Shown here piece by piece: positions 9,744-24,195 of a stretch of DNA of 64,000 nucleotides. Source of the stretch: an uncultured delta proteobacterium (lineage in GTDB: Bacteria > Desulfobacterota > Binatia > Binatales > Binataceae). Position 1 is the stretch's first letter; each line of letters begins with the position of its first letter. Below the pieces are notes generated by a model that made no database searches, was not told the origin of the DNA, and saw nothing but the letters and a program-made list of their open reading frames with translations. The translations under genes were made by a program, and so were the position numbers. The stretch covers positions 512,001-576,000 of the forward strand of contig CAWCDG010000004.1 of NCBI GenBank assembly GCA_963794325.1. Direction: 5' to 3'.

Positions 9744-11537
9744 ATGACGCGCAATTTCCGATTGTTTTCATACGCTACGTTACTGGCTGGAGCTTTCCTT
9801 GCCGTATCTTTGATCGCGGCGCCGGCGGCGCATGCGGTCAAGGCTGACGAGCTGGTAAAAATCAATTCCGCGACGATCGATCCCCCGCTGAAGGCCAGCG
9901 GCGCGAGCACGCTCAAGGTCGCCGCCACGGTGATTCCGGACTGGCATATCAATTCGGACAAGCCGTTCAGCGAGGACTACATTCCGACCAAGCTCGAAAT
10001 CAAAGGGCCGGTCAGCGTGACGCCGGGCGCAATCAAGTATCCGCCGGCGGAGACAATGGCGCTCGATCCGGCGGCGGGCGGCGACAAGATTTCGGTGTTC
10101 GGCGGTGATATCAAATTTGAAGTGCCGTTGAAGGCGGGCGCCGACTTCGCGCCGAAGCCAGGCGACGCGATCACGGTCACGATCGATTATCAGGGGTGCA
10201 ACAACAACGAATGCTTGCGGCCGGCATCCGCCAGTACGACAGTCGCGCTGGCGGTTCCGAACGCGGCTGCTGGCGCGCTCAGCGGTATTAGCGCTGGCAG
10301 CATGACGCTCGGCGGCGGCGTCGGCAGTGGCGACGATTCCGGCGGCGCGATCTCGCGCATCTTCGACAATCATGGATGGTTCCTCGGCTTCCTCGCGGTT
10401 TTCCTCGGCGGGCTCGCGCTCAATCTGACGCCGTGCGTCTATCCGCTAATCGGCGTGACGATCGCGTACTTCGGCAACCAGGGCGGCGGCCATCGCCGTG
10501 TGATGTACCTGGCGATTGTGTTCGTGCTCGGAATCGCGCTGATGTTCTCGTCGGTGGGTGTCGCGGTCGCGATGTCGGGCGGGCTATTCGGCGCCGCTTT
10601 GCAAAATCCGGTCGTGCTCGTCGTGCTCTCGATGATGCTCTTGACCCTTGCCGCGTCGAGCTTCGGACTGTTCGTATTGCAGCCGCCGCAGTGGATTATG
10701 CAGCGTGCCGGATCGGCGCATCCCGGATATGCGGGCGCGTTGTTGATGGGCCTTGGGATGGGTGTAGTGGCGGCGCCATGCATCGGCCCGATCGTGCTCG
10801 GGCTGCTGCTGATGGTCGAGAAAAGCGGAAGCGCGCTTTTCGGATTCGCGCTGTTCTTCACGCTGGCATTGGGACTCGGACTGCCGTACATCGGGCTTGC
10901 GATGGCGGCGGGACATATCCGCCGCCTGCCGCGGTCGGGCGAATGGCTTACCTGGGTCGAGCATCTTTTCGGATTCGTGCTGGTCGGACTCGCGTTGTAT
11001 TTTCTCGATCCGGTCGTGCCGAACAATCTGATGACGCGAATACTCCCGTACTACGCTGCGGGCGTGGGAATTTACCTCGGCTTCATTTCGCCCGAGGGTC
11101 GAAGCTGGCGTCCGTTCCTCGTGATGAGGTCGGCAATCGGCGTAGCCGCGGTCGCGGCGCTCATATTCTTGCTGTATCCGCGACAGCCACAGGAGAAGCT
11201 TCGCTTCGAGCCGTTCGACTCCGGGTTGCTCGCGTCGGCGACCGAAGCGCGCAAGCCGGTGCTGATCGATTTTAGTGCCGATTGGTGTATCCCATGCCGC
11301 GAGATGGAGCATTCGACCTTTATCGATCCGTCCGTGGTCAGCGAGGCCAAGCGCTTCGTCACGATGAAGGCGAATTTGACCGCGCAGGACAAGAAGACTG
11401 AAGACCTGATGACCAAGTTCGAAATCCAGGGCGTGCCGACGACCGTGATGATCGACTCGGCGGGCAAAGTGTTGCAGCGCAAAGTCGGTTATATCGGGCC
11501 GCGCGAGATGCTCGCGGATCTAAGGCACGTCGATTGA
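9744..11537 (+). CDS. dsbD: DsbD-family protein-disulfide reductase
   Basis: Signal peptide, N-domain WHIN...YQGCNNNEC, TM domain LTPCVYP / APCIGP, thioredoxin domain ADWCIPC. Confidence 0.9.
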   Translation: MTRNFRLFSYATLLAGAFLAVSLIAAPAAHAVKADELVKINSATIDPPLKASGASTLKVAATVIPDWHINSDKPFSEDYIPTKLEIKGPVSVTPGAIKYPPAETMALDPAAGGDKISVFGGDIKFEVPLKAGADFAPKPGDAITVTIDYQGCNNNECLRPASASTTVALAVPNAAAGALSGISAGSMTLGGGVGSGDDSGGAISRIFDNHGWFLGFLAVFLGGLALNLTPCVYPLIGVTIAYFGNQGGGHRRVMYLAIVFVLGIALMFSSVGVAVAMSGGLFGAALQNPVVLVVLSMMLLTLAASSFGLFVLQPPQWIMQRAGSAHPGYAGALLMGLGMGVVAAPCIGPIVLGLLLMVEKSGSALFGFALFFTLALGLGLPYIGLAMAAGHIRRLPRSGEWLTWVEHLFGFVLVGLALYFLDPVVPNNLMTRILPYYAAGVGIYLGFISPEGRSWRPFLVMRSAIGVAAVAALIFLLYPRQPQEKLRFEPFDSGLLASATEARKPVLIDFSADWCIPCREMEHSTFIDPSVVSEAKRFVTMKANLTAQDKKTEDLMTKFEIQGVPTTVMIDSAGKVLQRKVGYIGPREMLADLRHVD

Positions 11538-11540
11538 AAT

Positions 11541-11745
11541 GCGGGGCTGCTCGCCCCGCACCCTCGGCAGGGGTGACCCCTGCACCCAGTATCCATTCAA
11601 GATGCGGGGCTTCGCCCCTGTTAGAACTATTCTAGAGAAGAAGCGTCGAGGTTTATCCGCGACTGCGGGCACCAGCACGCTTCGCGTCCTCTTCCATTGG
11701 GTGCAGGGGTCACCCCTGCCGCGGGCGCGGGGCGCGCAGCCCCGC
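11541..11745. repeat. inverted pair of family B repeats (MITE/BIME-like, about 205 bp)
   Basis: About 48-bp imperfect inverted repeats at 11541-11588 and 11698-11745 (3 mismatches). Confidence 0.75.
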
Positions 11746-11815
11746 TATGATTCCTGCGCGCTGCGCTTCACATTGCGTGCGCGCTCTCCTACATTCGCGG
11801 GTATGAGGTTTAGCC

Positions 11816-12505
11816 ATGGCTGCGAATGACGGGTTCGTGCGCGAGATATTTGCGATGGTCAAAGAGCGGCGATCTTTCGGACGCCATCCGATTTGGCATC
11901 GAATTGCCGAGGGCAAAGTCTCCCAAGCCGGACTATGTAATTTCGCGACGCAGTTCTTTTTGCAGGTGCGTGAATTTCCGCGCGCGCTGAGCGCGTTGCA
12001 TTCGCGATGCATCAACGCGGAAGAGCGCGTGAAGCTCGCCGAGAGTTTGTACGAAGAGGAGACGGGGAAGATTTCCGGCAGCGCGCCGCATCCCGAGTTG
12101 TTCATCCGGCTCGGACTCGGCGTTGGGTTGAGCCGCGAGGACATGATCCACGGCAAGGCGCTTCCCTCGACTGCGGCGCTGATCGATTGGTTCGAGCTAT
12201 CGACCAAGGACCGATCTTTCGCGGAGGGAATCGGCGCGATCAATCTCGCGGCAGAGGGACAGGTGCCCGGCAACTTCGCGCCGTTCGCGCGCGCACTCGA
12301 AAAGTATTATGGGCTTTCGCGAGAGCAGGTCGCGTTTTTCGACGTGCATGAAATCGCGGATCGCGATCACAGCGACGTCGGCGACAACATTCTCAGTCAC
12401 ACACCGATGAGCGAGATCGAGCGCGCGAAAGTGTGGGCGGCGGTCGAGCGCTCGCTCGACATGTGGTGGCAATTCTTCGACGGAATCCAGCGCGCCTGCG
12501 AGTGA
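11816..12505 (+). CDS. heme-oxygenase-like iron-containing redox enzyme (TenA/PqqC/CADD superfamily)
   Basis: LYEEETG...HPEL, AAEGQ and FFDVHEIADRDH metal-ligand pattern. Confidence 0.8.
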   Translation: MAANDGFVREIFAMVKERRSFGRHPIWHRIAEGKVSQAGLCNFATQFFLQVREFPRALSALHSRCINAEERVKLAESLYEEETGKISGSAPHPELFIRLGLGVGLSREDMIHGKALPSTAALIDWFELSTKDRSFAEGIGAINLAAEGQVPGNFAPFARALEKYYGLSREQVAFFDVHEIADRDHSDVGDNILSHTPMSEIERAKVWAAVERSLDMWWQFFDGIQRACE

Positions 12506-12631
12506 AACCTGCGTTACGTTAAAACGTCGCAAGACCAATCATGCCGCAATATTTCGCGCTTTTGCTGTTGCAACCTGCTATATTCGGCCCACTTGAAAAT
12601 AAGCTGAAGTAGGTATGGGGAGGAACGACCA

Positions 12632-13111
12632 ATGAGCCGACGAAAGGTAATGGCGGGGCTGGCTGCCGCGATGCTTCTGGTATTCGCATCGACGCAGGTC
12701 CAGGCGGGAGTGAAGTGCAAGACGAAGAAGAAAGGCGGCGACGTCTTCCACAATGGCGCCGACGGGAGCATGTGCGAGGCCGTCGCGGATAACACCAGCA
12801 AGTCGCAAGCAAAGGCGGCGGGAAGCGGAAGCATGGCGGAATCAACTTCCGACTCGCATGGCAAAGCAAAATCCACCGCGACCAGCGGCGGCAATGCTCA
12901 AGCGGCAGCGTTCGGGGACCCCGGATCGTGCAAAGCTACGGCCAGCGCTTCCAGTGGCGCGACAGCGTTCGCGCAATGTGAGGCCGGTGGTTTTGCGAAT
13001 GCGACCGCAACCAACGGAGGGCTGGCTATGGCCTTCGACGACAAGGCGCCAACCTGCGATCCCGGCGCCACCGGAACCGCCAAAGTTCACAGCAGCTTTG
13101 GCGATTGCTGA
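12632..13111 (+). CDS. secreted Ala/Gly/Ser-rich protein with 6 Cys, hypothetical
   Basis: GGAGG RBS, signal peptide (MSRRKVMAGLAAAMLLVFASTQVQA), repeated A-x-A-x-A-xx-GG units. Confidence 0.7.
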   Translation: MSRRKVMAGLAAAMLLVFASTQVQAGVKCKTKKKGGDVFHNGADGSMCEAVADNTSKSQAKAAGSGSMAESTSDSHGKAKSTATSGGNAQAAAFGDPGSCKATASASSGATAFAQCEAGGFANATATNGGLAMAFDDKAPTCDPGATGTAKVHSSFGDC

Positions 13112-13117
13112 TAGGGC

Positions 13118-13579
13118 TCAGATGTGATTTTTGAGCGCGTTGAGTTCCGCACCTGAATAACTAGAGAAAGGGCCAGGTGAGAGCAGGGAACTCTGAGAGG
13201 TAGCTGCTTCTGCTGGCGAAGAAGTTGGAGCAGGATGTGCTGGCACGACGTGTTGCGAGGCGCCGCTAGGTAAAGGAGACGGAGAACGCTGATTTAAACG
13301 GCCCAACTTCTGCAAATTCCACAGATCTTTTGCGGTTTGACAAATGTAGCCGCATCCCTTATCTGCGTTCGGGAGATTCATGCACATCTGTCTAGCTTCG
13401 GCCCAGTCTCCGGGTCTCTGTTCAAACTGTGGAGGCGGCGGTGATGCCGGTGCAGAAGAGCACCAATTCGGATTGAGTGGCGAGGAAGGAGTCGGCTGTT
13501 GCGCAGAGGCGCTAGCCGCAAACAGAGCAGTGACTATAACAGCAACCGCCGCCATTCGTACTCGTTTTGCAATGTCCAT
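13118..13579 (-). CDS. secreted Pro/Cys-rich hypothetical protein (paralog of 61440-61862)
   Basis: GGAG RBS before ATG 13579, signal peptide, NPNWCSSAPASPPPP motif shared with the paralog. Confidence 0.65.
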   Translation of the reverse strand: MDIAKRVRMAAVAVIVTALFAASASAQQPTPSSPLNPNWCSSAPASPPPPQFEQRPGDWAEARQMCMNLPNADKGCGYICQTAKDLWNLQKLGRLNQRSPSPLPSGASQHVVPAHPAPTSSPAEAATSQSSLLSPGPFSSYSGAELNALKNHI

Positions 13580-14126
13580 GAGCACTCCTACAGTTTGCGG
13601 GAAAAGCCTGCCGTCCCAATTCCTGTTATCTACGAGTGAACATTGTGTAGGCCAAGGCAGTCGGAATGTCCAACTCACAGTATTGCAACTGTTCACAGTG
13701 TAGGACTCTCCGGCGAATCGGACTCGCCGAAAACAGATGCGTGTGTCCGGGTTCCGCCACCGCGACAGTTCACAGTTCCGGCAGCAACCGCTGATTGACG
13801 CGCGGGGCGCGACGTATCCGAGGTTCTGCATAGCGCTTCAGTTTTCGATTGAAATTTAGGTGCAATTTCGATCGCTTTTGGCGCAGGCTGTGCGTATCTA
13901 TTTTTGCAAAATGATGTTCTGTTATCTGCGCTGCCTCCTTTTAGAAAAACGCTCATAAAGCGGACGCCAGACAGGCTAGAAAGCGCCCGTTACCGGCTGC
14001 TTTTCTATCAACAGGCCATTCTGTCAAATGCCGTTTGATAACTCGGTAAAAATGACGAGTTTTTCCTTTACTTTGTTGCACTAGACAAATACAATTCTGA
14101 CTGGCGGTGGTGTGGCGGAAAGGTAG

Positions 14127-16580
<2,454 letters not shown>

Positions 16581-16625
16581 CGAGCGGCAACTTTGGATGC
16601 CCCGGCTCTGGGCCAAACGCATCGC

Positions 16626-16865
16626 ATGTCATCGAGGGAGTCGTTGCACGAAGAAATCCGCATCATGGTGACGAATTGCGCCGTGTGCGAACGTGACGCG
16701 CGCGATGCGGAGCAGAAGCTGGGCGTCGCGCTCGACCTCGAGGAAATCGCGCATCCTGAGGATTCGTTCGCGTACGATTTGCTGCCGCATCGGCGCGAAT
16801 TCCATCGCGAAAAACTGCTGAGCAAAATTCAACAATGGGCGGCGCTTGGCCAGCAATGCGACTAG
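16626..16865 (+). CDS. small hypothetical protein between gyrB and gyrA
   Basis: 79-aa ORF (alternative TTG start at 16593) filling the gap on the same strand, with a CAVC motif. Confidence 0.6.
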   Translation: MSSRESLHEEIRIMVTNCAVCERDARDAEQKLGVALDLEEIAHPEDSFAYDLLPHRREFHREKLLSKIQQWAALGQQCD

Positions 16866-16904
16866 TCCAAATTTCCGCACGTGACTCACGGGAGCCCGGA
16901 TTAA

Positions 16905-19451
<2,547 letters not shown>

Positions 19452-19457
19452 CTAATA

Positions 19458-19483
19458 CAGTGACTATTCCGCAATAGTCATTG
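19458..19483. terminator. hairpin between convergent gyrA and GST genes, likely terminator
   Basis: CAGTGACTATT-CCGC-AATAGTCATTG stem-loop. Confidence 0.55.
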
Positions 19484-19484
19484 A

Positions 19485-20093
19485 CTACGCCTTCGCGCTA
19501 GGCCGCGATGACACCTGGCTATGCCATCGTGCCAGGTTCGTCTGTTCCGGCTGAATTCGGATATCGACCGTCCGCGCGAAGTCGATCATGCAGAGAGTCG
19601 TGATGTCCGCGATTGAGTATTTGTCGCCCGCGATGAATTCCCGACTCTCCAACTCCGTATCGACCCACGCAATTCGATTGACCGCTGCGCGCTTTTGAAT
19701 CTCGCCGAATTCCGGTATCCGCCGGCTGCGCCCTTCTGCGACCTTGCTGAGATGCGACCAGACGTGTCCAACCGGCGCGAAGACTTCGAGTTCGATTCGC
19801 CGGTTCCACATCTCGACTAACGCCTTCTCGCGTGCGCCGACGCCGAACAGCGGCGGCGACGGCTGGATTTCCTCGAAGTATCGGCAAATCGCGACACTCT
19901 CTGAAAGACAACTGCCGTCGTCAAGTTCGAGAATCGGGAGCGAGCCGAGCGGATTCTTCTGGTAAAAATCCGGCGTGCGATTCGCATTGCGCATTATATC
20001 GACTTGCACCAGCTCGACGTCGATCCCCTTCTCCGCGAGGAAGATCCTCACTCGCCGGGGGCTTGGCGCAAGAGTGAAGTCGTACATTTTCAT
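19485..20093 (-). CDS. glutathione S-transferase family protein
   Basis: APSPRRVRIFLAEKG, NPLG..P.L, SESVAICRY, YSIADI; ATGA overlap with the upstream gene. Confidence 0.9.
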   Translation of the reverse strand: MKMYDFTLAPSPRRVRIFLAEKGIDVELVQVDIMRNANRTPDFYQKNPLGSLPILELDDGSCLSESVAICRYFEEIQPSPPLFGVGAREKALVEMWNRRIELEVFAPVGHVWSHLSKVAEGRSRRIPEFGEIQKRAAVNRIAWVDTELESREFIAGDKYSIADITTLCMIDFARTVDIRIQPEQTNLARWHSQVSSRPSAKA

Positions 20094-21310
20094 GATGCTT
20101 CGGCGGGCGGCTCTCCGGCCCCGGTTCCCTCCGCGCTGTAAGCATTGTCGGCGGCGGTCAGCGCCCTTCCCCGAGCAATCTCGAAACCCATCGAGCCGAG
20201 AATTTCTTCGAGCGCGTTCAGCGCCAGCATCACGTTCTCGCGGCGCGAGCCTTCGCCCATCAGGCCGACGCGCCAAATCTTACCTTTGAGCGGCCCGAGT
20301 CCCGCCGCGATTTCGATATTGAACAGCCGCAGCAATTCCGATCGCACCTTCATGTCGTCGATGTTTGCAGGCACCGCTATCGTTGTGAGTTGGGGCAGCC
20401 GGTGGCCCTCCTGCGCGGCGAGTTGCAGACCCATCGCCCGCACTCCGGCCTGGAACGCCGCCGCGTTGATGCGATGCCTCTTCCATCGCGCCTCCAGTCC
20501 TTCCTCGACGACGATTCGCAGCGCCTCGTACAGCGCGTAGTTCATCGTGATCGGCGCGGTGTGATGATAGAGGCGGTCGGGTCCCCAATACTGTTCGATC
20601 AGCGCGACGTCGAAGTACCAGGAACGGCACTTCGTTTTGCGTTTGCGCATCGCCTCCATCGCGCGTTCGCTGAACGTCACGGGCGACAGTCCCGGCGGCG
20701 CGCCGATTCCCTTCTGCGTGCAGCTGTAACAGGCGTCGATGTTCCACTGGTCGATCTCGACCGGCACGCACGCGAGCGATGTCACCGCGTCGATCGCGAT
20801 CATCGCGCCGTGCCGGTGCGCAAGCTCGGCGATTTCTTCGATCGGCTGATGAACCCCGGTCGAGGTTTCAGCGTGAACCACCGCGACCAGCTTCGGATTC
20901 TTCGCCGCCTTCAGCGCCGCCGCGACTTTCGCCGGCTCGACGATCGTTCCCCATTCCGCCTCGACCTTGTGAACCTTTGCGCCGAGCCGCGACGCGACTT
21001 CCGCCATCCGCGTGCCGAACGCGCCGTTGACTCCGACCACGACTTCGTCGCCGTCCTCGATCAGATTCGCCATCACCGTTTCCATCCCGGCGGACCCGGT
21101 GCCCGAGACGGGAAACGTGATCTCGTTTTTCGTGCGAAACACGATGCGCAGGAGCTTCTTGATATTCTCCATCACCTTCAGAAAATCGGGATCGAGATGA
21201 CCGACGACCGGCGACGCCATTGCTTTCATCACGCGCGGATTGACGTTCGACGGCCCCGGACCGAGCAGAATCCGCGCCGCCGGCCTGAGTTCTGGAAATG
21301 AATCCGCCAC
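20090..21310 (-). CDS. alanine/serine-glyoxylate aminotransferase (class V PLP)
   Basis: LLGPGPSN, HAETSTG, DAVTS, TQKG, YHHTAP and WRVGLMG motifs. Confidence 0.9.
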   Translation of the reverse strand: MADSFPELRPAARILLGPGPSNVNPRVMKAMASPVVGHLDPDFLKVMENIKKLLRIVFRTKNEITFPVSGTGSAGMETVMANLIEDGDEVVVGVNGAFGTRMAEVASRLGAKVHKVEAEWGTIVEPAKVAAALKAAKNPKLVAVVHAETSTGVHQPIEEIAELAHRHGAMIAIDAVTSLACVPVEIDQWNIDACYSCTQKGIGAPPGLSPVTFSERAMEAMRKRKTKCRSWYFDVALIEQYWGPDRLYHHTAPITMNYALYEALRIVVEEGLEARWKRHRINAAAFQAGVRAMGLQLAAQEGHRLPQLTTIAVPANIDDMKVRSELLRLFNIEIAAGLGPLKGKIWRVGLMGEGSRRENVMLALNALEEILGSMGFEIARGRALTAADNAYSAEGTGAGEPPAEAS

Positions 21311-21470
21311 CTTCTTTTCTCCTTAAATTGCGCTGGAAACCGCAAATCCGGCCCGGTTTCGCTTTCCTAGAAACAGATCGAACCTTGCTATTATGACCGC
21401 GAAGGATCAACCGCAAAAGCGTCGCTCGTGGTAGAGTGCTGCGGATATTGAACCGACCGTTGGAATAACA

Positions 21471-22904
21471 ATGAGCGCCATCGATCGCAAACTTCTCGAC
21501 GAGCTTCGCGAAATTCTGGGCGATGGCGGAATCGTCTCACGCGCGACCGAGCTTAAGGTTTACGAGTGCGACGGGTGGACTGTCGAAAAAAGCGTGCCCG
21601 ACGTCCTGCTGCTCCCGCGCACGACTTCGCAGTTGAGCGCAATTCTCAGCGCGCTGGATCGCCGCGGTATCGCTTTCGTTCCGCGCGGCGCCGGCACCGG
21701 ACTCTCCGGCGGATGTCTCCCGCTGAACGCGCCTGCGATGATCTGCACTTCGAAGATGAACCGGATTGTCGAAATCGATCTCGACAATCGGCGCGTCGTC
21801 GCCGAGAGCGGCGTCGTCAACCTGCACGTCACCAACGCCGTCAAGTCGAAAGGATATTTCTACGCGCCCGATCCGTCGTCGCAGGTCGCATGCACGATCG
21901 GTGGCAACATCGCCGAAAATTCCGGCGGCCCTCATACTCTGAAATACGGAGTGACGACTAATCACGTGCTCGCGCTCGAGCTGGTGCTGCCGGACGGCCA
22001 GGTCGTCGAGCTCGGTGGACCGGCGGAAGAACGATGCGGTTACGATTTGGTCGGCGCGGTCGTCGGCGCGGAGGGCACCACGGGAATCGTCACACGCGCG
22101 ACGCTCAAGCTGATGCGCGAGCCCGAGAACCATCGCACACTGCTCGCCACTTTTCCCGACGCCGACACCGCGACGCGCTCCGTGTCGATGATCATCGCGT
22201 CGGGGATTGTGCCTGCCGCTCTCGAAATGATGGACCAGCTCATCATTCAGGCCGTCGAGGAGGCGTTCCATGTCGGGCTGCCGCTTGACGCGGGCGCGGT
22301 GCTCATCATTGAGCTGGAAGGTCTCGAGGCGGGGCTGACGACCTATGCCGACGAGGTAATGAAGATTGTGAGTGCGGCCGGCGCGTCGAGCGTCAGGCTG
22401 GCGCGTGATGAAGCTGAACGCGCGTTGTTGTGGAAAGCGCGCAAACGGGCTTTCGGAGCGGTCGGGCGCCTCGCGCCAAATTACGCAACGCAGGACGGCG
22501 TCGTTCCGCGCACCTGCCTGCCGCAGATTCTGCGCGTGATCGCCGACGTCAGCCGTCGCTACGATTTGCGCATCGGCAACGTGTTCCACGCCGGCGACGG
22601 AAATTTGCATCCGATCATTCTTTACGACGAGCGCGAGCCCGATCAGGTCCGCCGTGCAATCGACGCGGGCCGCGAAATTCTTAAAGCCTGCATCGAGATG
22701 GGCGGGAGCCTCACCGGGGAGCACGGAATTGGCGTTGAGAAAATCGGCGAGATGGCGCTGATGTTCTCGCCCGACGATCTTCGCGTTATGACCGAGCTGC
22801 GCCACGTGTTCGATCCACTTGAGCGATCGAATCCCGGCAAAGTGGTCCCGCAACCCGGCGCGTGCGTCGAGGTTGCAGCGCCTCGCCGTCAGGTACCGAT
22901 TTAA
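21471..22904 (+). CDS. glcD: glycolate oxidase FAD subunit
   Basis: RGAGTGLSGG, PDPSSQ, GGPHTLKYG, HAGDGNLHP and GEHGIG motifs. Confidence 0.9.
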   Translation: MSAIDRKLLDELREILGDGGIVSRATELKVYECDGWTVEKSVPDVLLLPRTTSQLSAILSALDRRGIAFVPRGAGTGLSGGCLPLNAPAMICTSKMNRIVEIDLDNRRVVAESGVVNLHVTNAVKSKGYFYAPDPSSQVACTIGGNIAENSGGPHTLKYGVTTNHVLALELVLPDGQVVELGGPAEERCGYDLVGAVVGAEGTTGIVTRATLKLMREPENHRTLLATFPDADTATRSVSMIIASGIVPAALEMMDQLIIQAVEEAFHVGLPLDAGAVLIIELEGLEAGLTTYADEVMKIVSAAGASSVRLARDEAERALLWKARKRAFGAVGRLAPNYATQDGVVPRTCLPQILRVIADVSRRYDLRIGNVFHAGDGNLHPIILYDEREPDQVRRAIDAGREILKACIEMGGSLTGEHGIGVEKIGEMALMFSPDDLRVMTELRHVFDPLERSNPGKVVPQPGACVEVAAPRRQVPI

Positions 22905-22911
22905 TCGCCGC

Positions 22912-24195
22912 GTGCCAAAAATCGTGGCTGCCACTACCTCCTCAAATCTCGCGAACCATCTCGAATCGATCGTCAGCGCTGATTATGTCCGCGCACCAAC
23001 TGCGAGCGAGTCGCGCGCCGCGGAGGTGATCGTTGAGCCCGCGTCGGTCGGGGAAATTTGCGAAATCGTGAAAATGTGCGAAGCCGATCGTATCACGCTG
23101 GCTCCCATTGGATCGGCTCGATCGCTCTCGATGATCCGGCACACGCCCGTCGCACTCGGTATCTCGATGGTGCGGCTCGCGCGAATTGTCGCTCATGAAC
23201 CACACGACATGACGGTGGTGGCTGAATCAGGAATCACCGTCGACCAACTGAATGCGACGATGGCATCTACCCGTCAGCGGCTGCCGGTCGATCCTTGCAG
23301 TCCCGAATTGACGACGCTCGGCTCGCTGGTCGGCGCGTCGCACTCGGGGCCGCTGCGCCTCTCCGAGGGCACCTCGCGCGATCTACTGATCGGAGTTCGC
23401 TTCGTCGGTCACGGCGGCAACCTGGTTCATGGCGGTGGCCGCGTGGTCAAAAACGTCGCCGGTTATGATTTGATGAAGCTGATGGGCGGCTCGTTCGGCA
23501 CGCTTGGAATATTGACTGAGTTGACGTTCAAGGTGCGTCCGGTTCCACCCGAGTACTGTCTTGCGGTGATTCCGTATGCACGCGCAGCAGATGCGTTCGC
23601 CGCCGCCCACATACTCAATGAGTCGTTGCCACTGGCTAATCTCGATATACTAAGTCCTGCTCTCGCAGCGCGCTTCAACTCTACTACTCAATACCTGCTT
23701 CTAGCCGGTTTCTCGGGAAGTCCGCTCGAGATTGGCTACCAGGCTGAACGGATCCGCGATCTGATCGGCGCGCGCGGCGATATCCTTGACCCAGCGACCG
23801 CGCTCAAAAACTACGAGTTGCTGCGCGACATCGACTTTCATTCGGTTCCATTGTCGGCACAAATCGCGGTTCCGCCCGCGCTCCTCGCACGAGCGCTGGA
23901 GGCGTGCGGAAATGAAACTGAATTTCGAGCCCACGCCGGCTCAGGAGTCGCGCAGATGGTGCTCGCCGGCGAGCTCTCAGCCGAATCAGCGGTCAAGAGC
24001 GTCGCGCGATGGCGCGAGGCGGCGCATTCGGCGCACGGCAATCTTCGATTACTCGCCGCTGCTCCCGCCATTCGCGGTTCGCTGGAATTCTTCGACACTC
24101 CCAACGACGGCGCGCTCGCAATCATGCGCAGACTCAAGGCAGCCTTCGATCCAGCCGCGATCTTCAACCCCGGATGCTTCGTCGGAGGAATCTGA
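22912..24195 (+). CDS. glcE: glycolate oxidase FAD-binding subunit
   Basis: GGRVVKNVAGYDLMKL and LKAAFDP..IFNPG; lies between glcD and glcF. Confidence 0.88.
   Translation: MPKIVAATTSSNLANHLESIVSADYVRAPTASESRAAEVIVEPASVGEICEIVKMCEADRITLAPIGSARSLSMIRHTPVALGISMVRLARIVAHEPHDMTVVAESGITVDQLNATMASTRQRLPVDPCSPELTTLGSLVGASHSGPLRLSEGTSRDLLIGVRFVGHGGNLVHGGGRVVKNVAGYDLMKLMGGSFGTLGILTELTFKVRPVPPEYCLAVIPYARAADAFAAAHILNESLPLANLDILSPALAARFNSTTQYLLLAGFSGSPLEIGYQAERIRDLIGARGDILDPATALKNYELLRDIDFHSVPLSAQIAVPPALLARALEACGNETEFRAHAGSGVAQMVLAGELSAESAVKSVARWREAAHSAHGNLRLLAAAPAIRGSLEFFDTPNDGALAIMRRLKAAFDPAAIFNPGCFVGGI

Noticed and set aside
13106-13114. TGC-TGA-TAG at the end of the secreted protein as a C-terminal Cys-Sec motif
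   Set aside because: The protein already has an even number of Cys (six), tandem stops are common, and no convincing SECIS hairpin follows.
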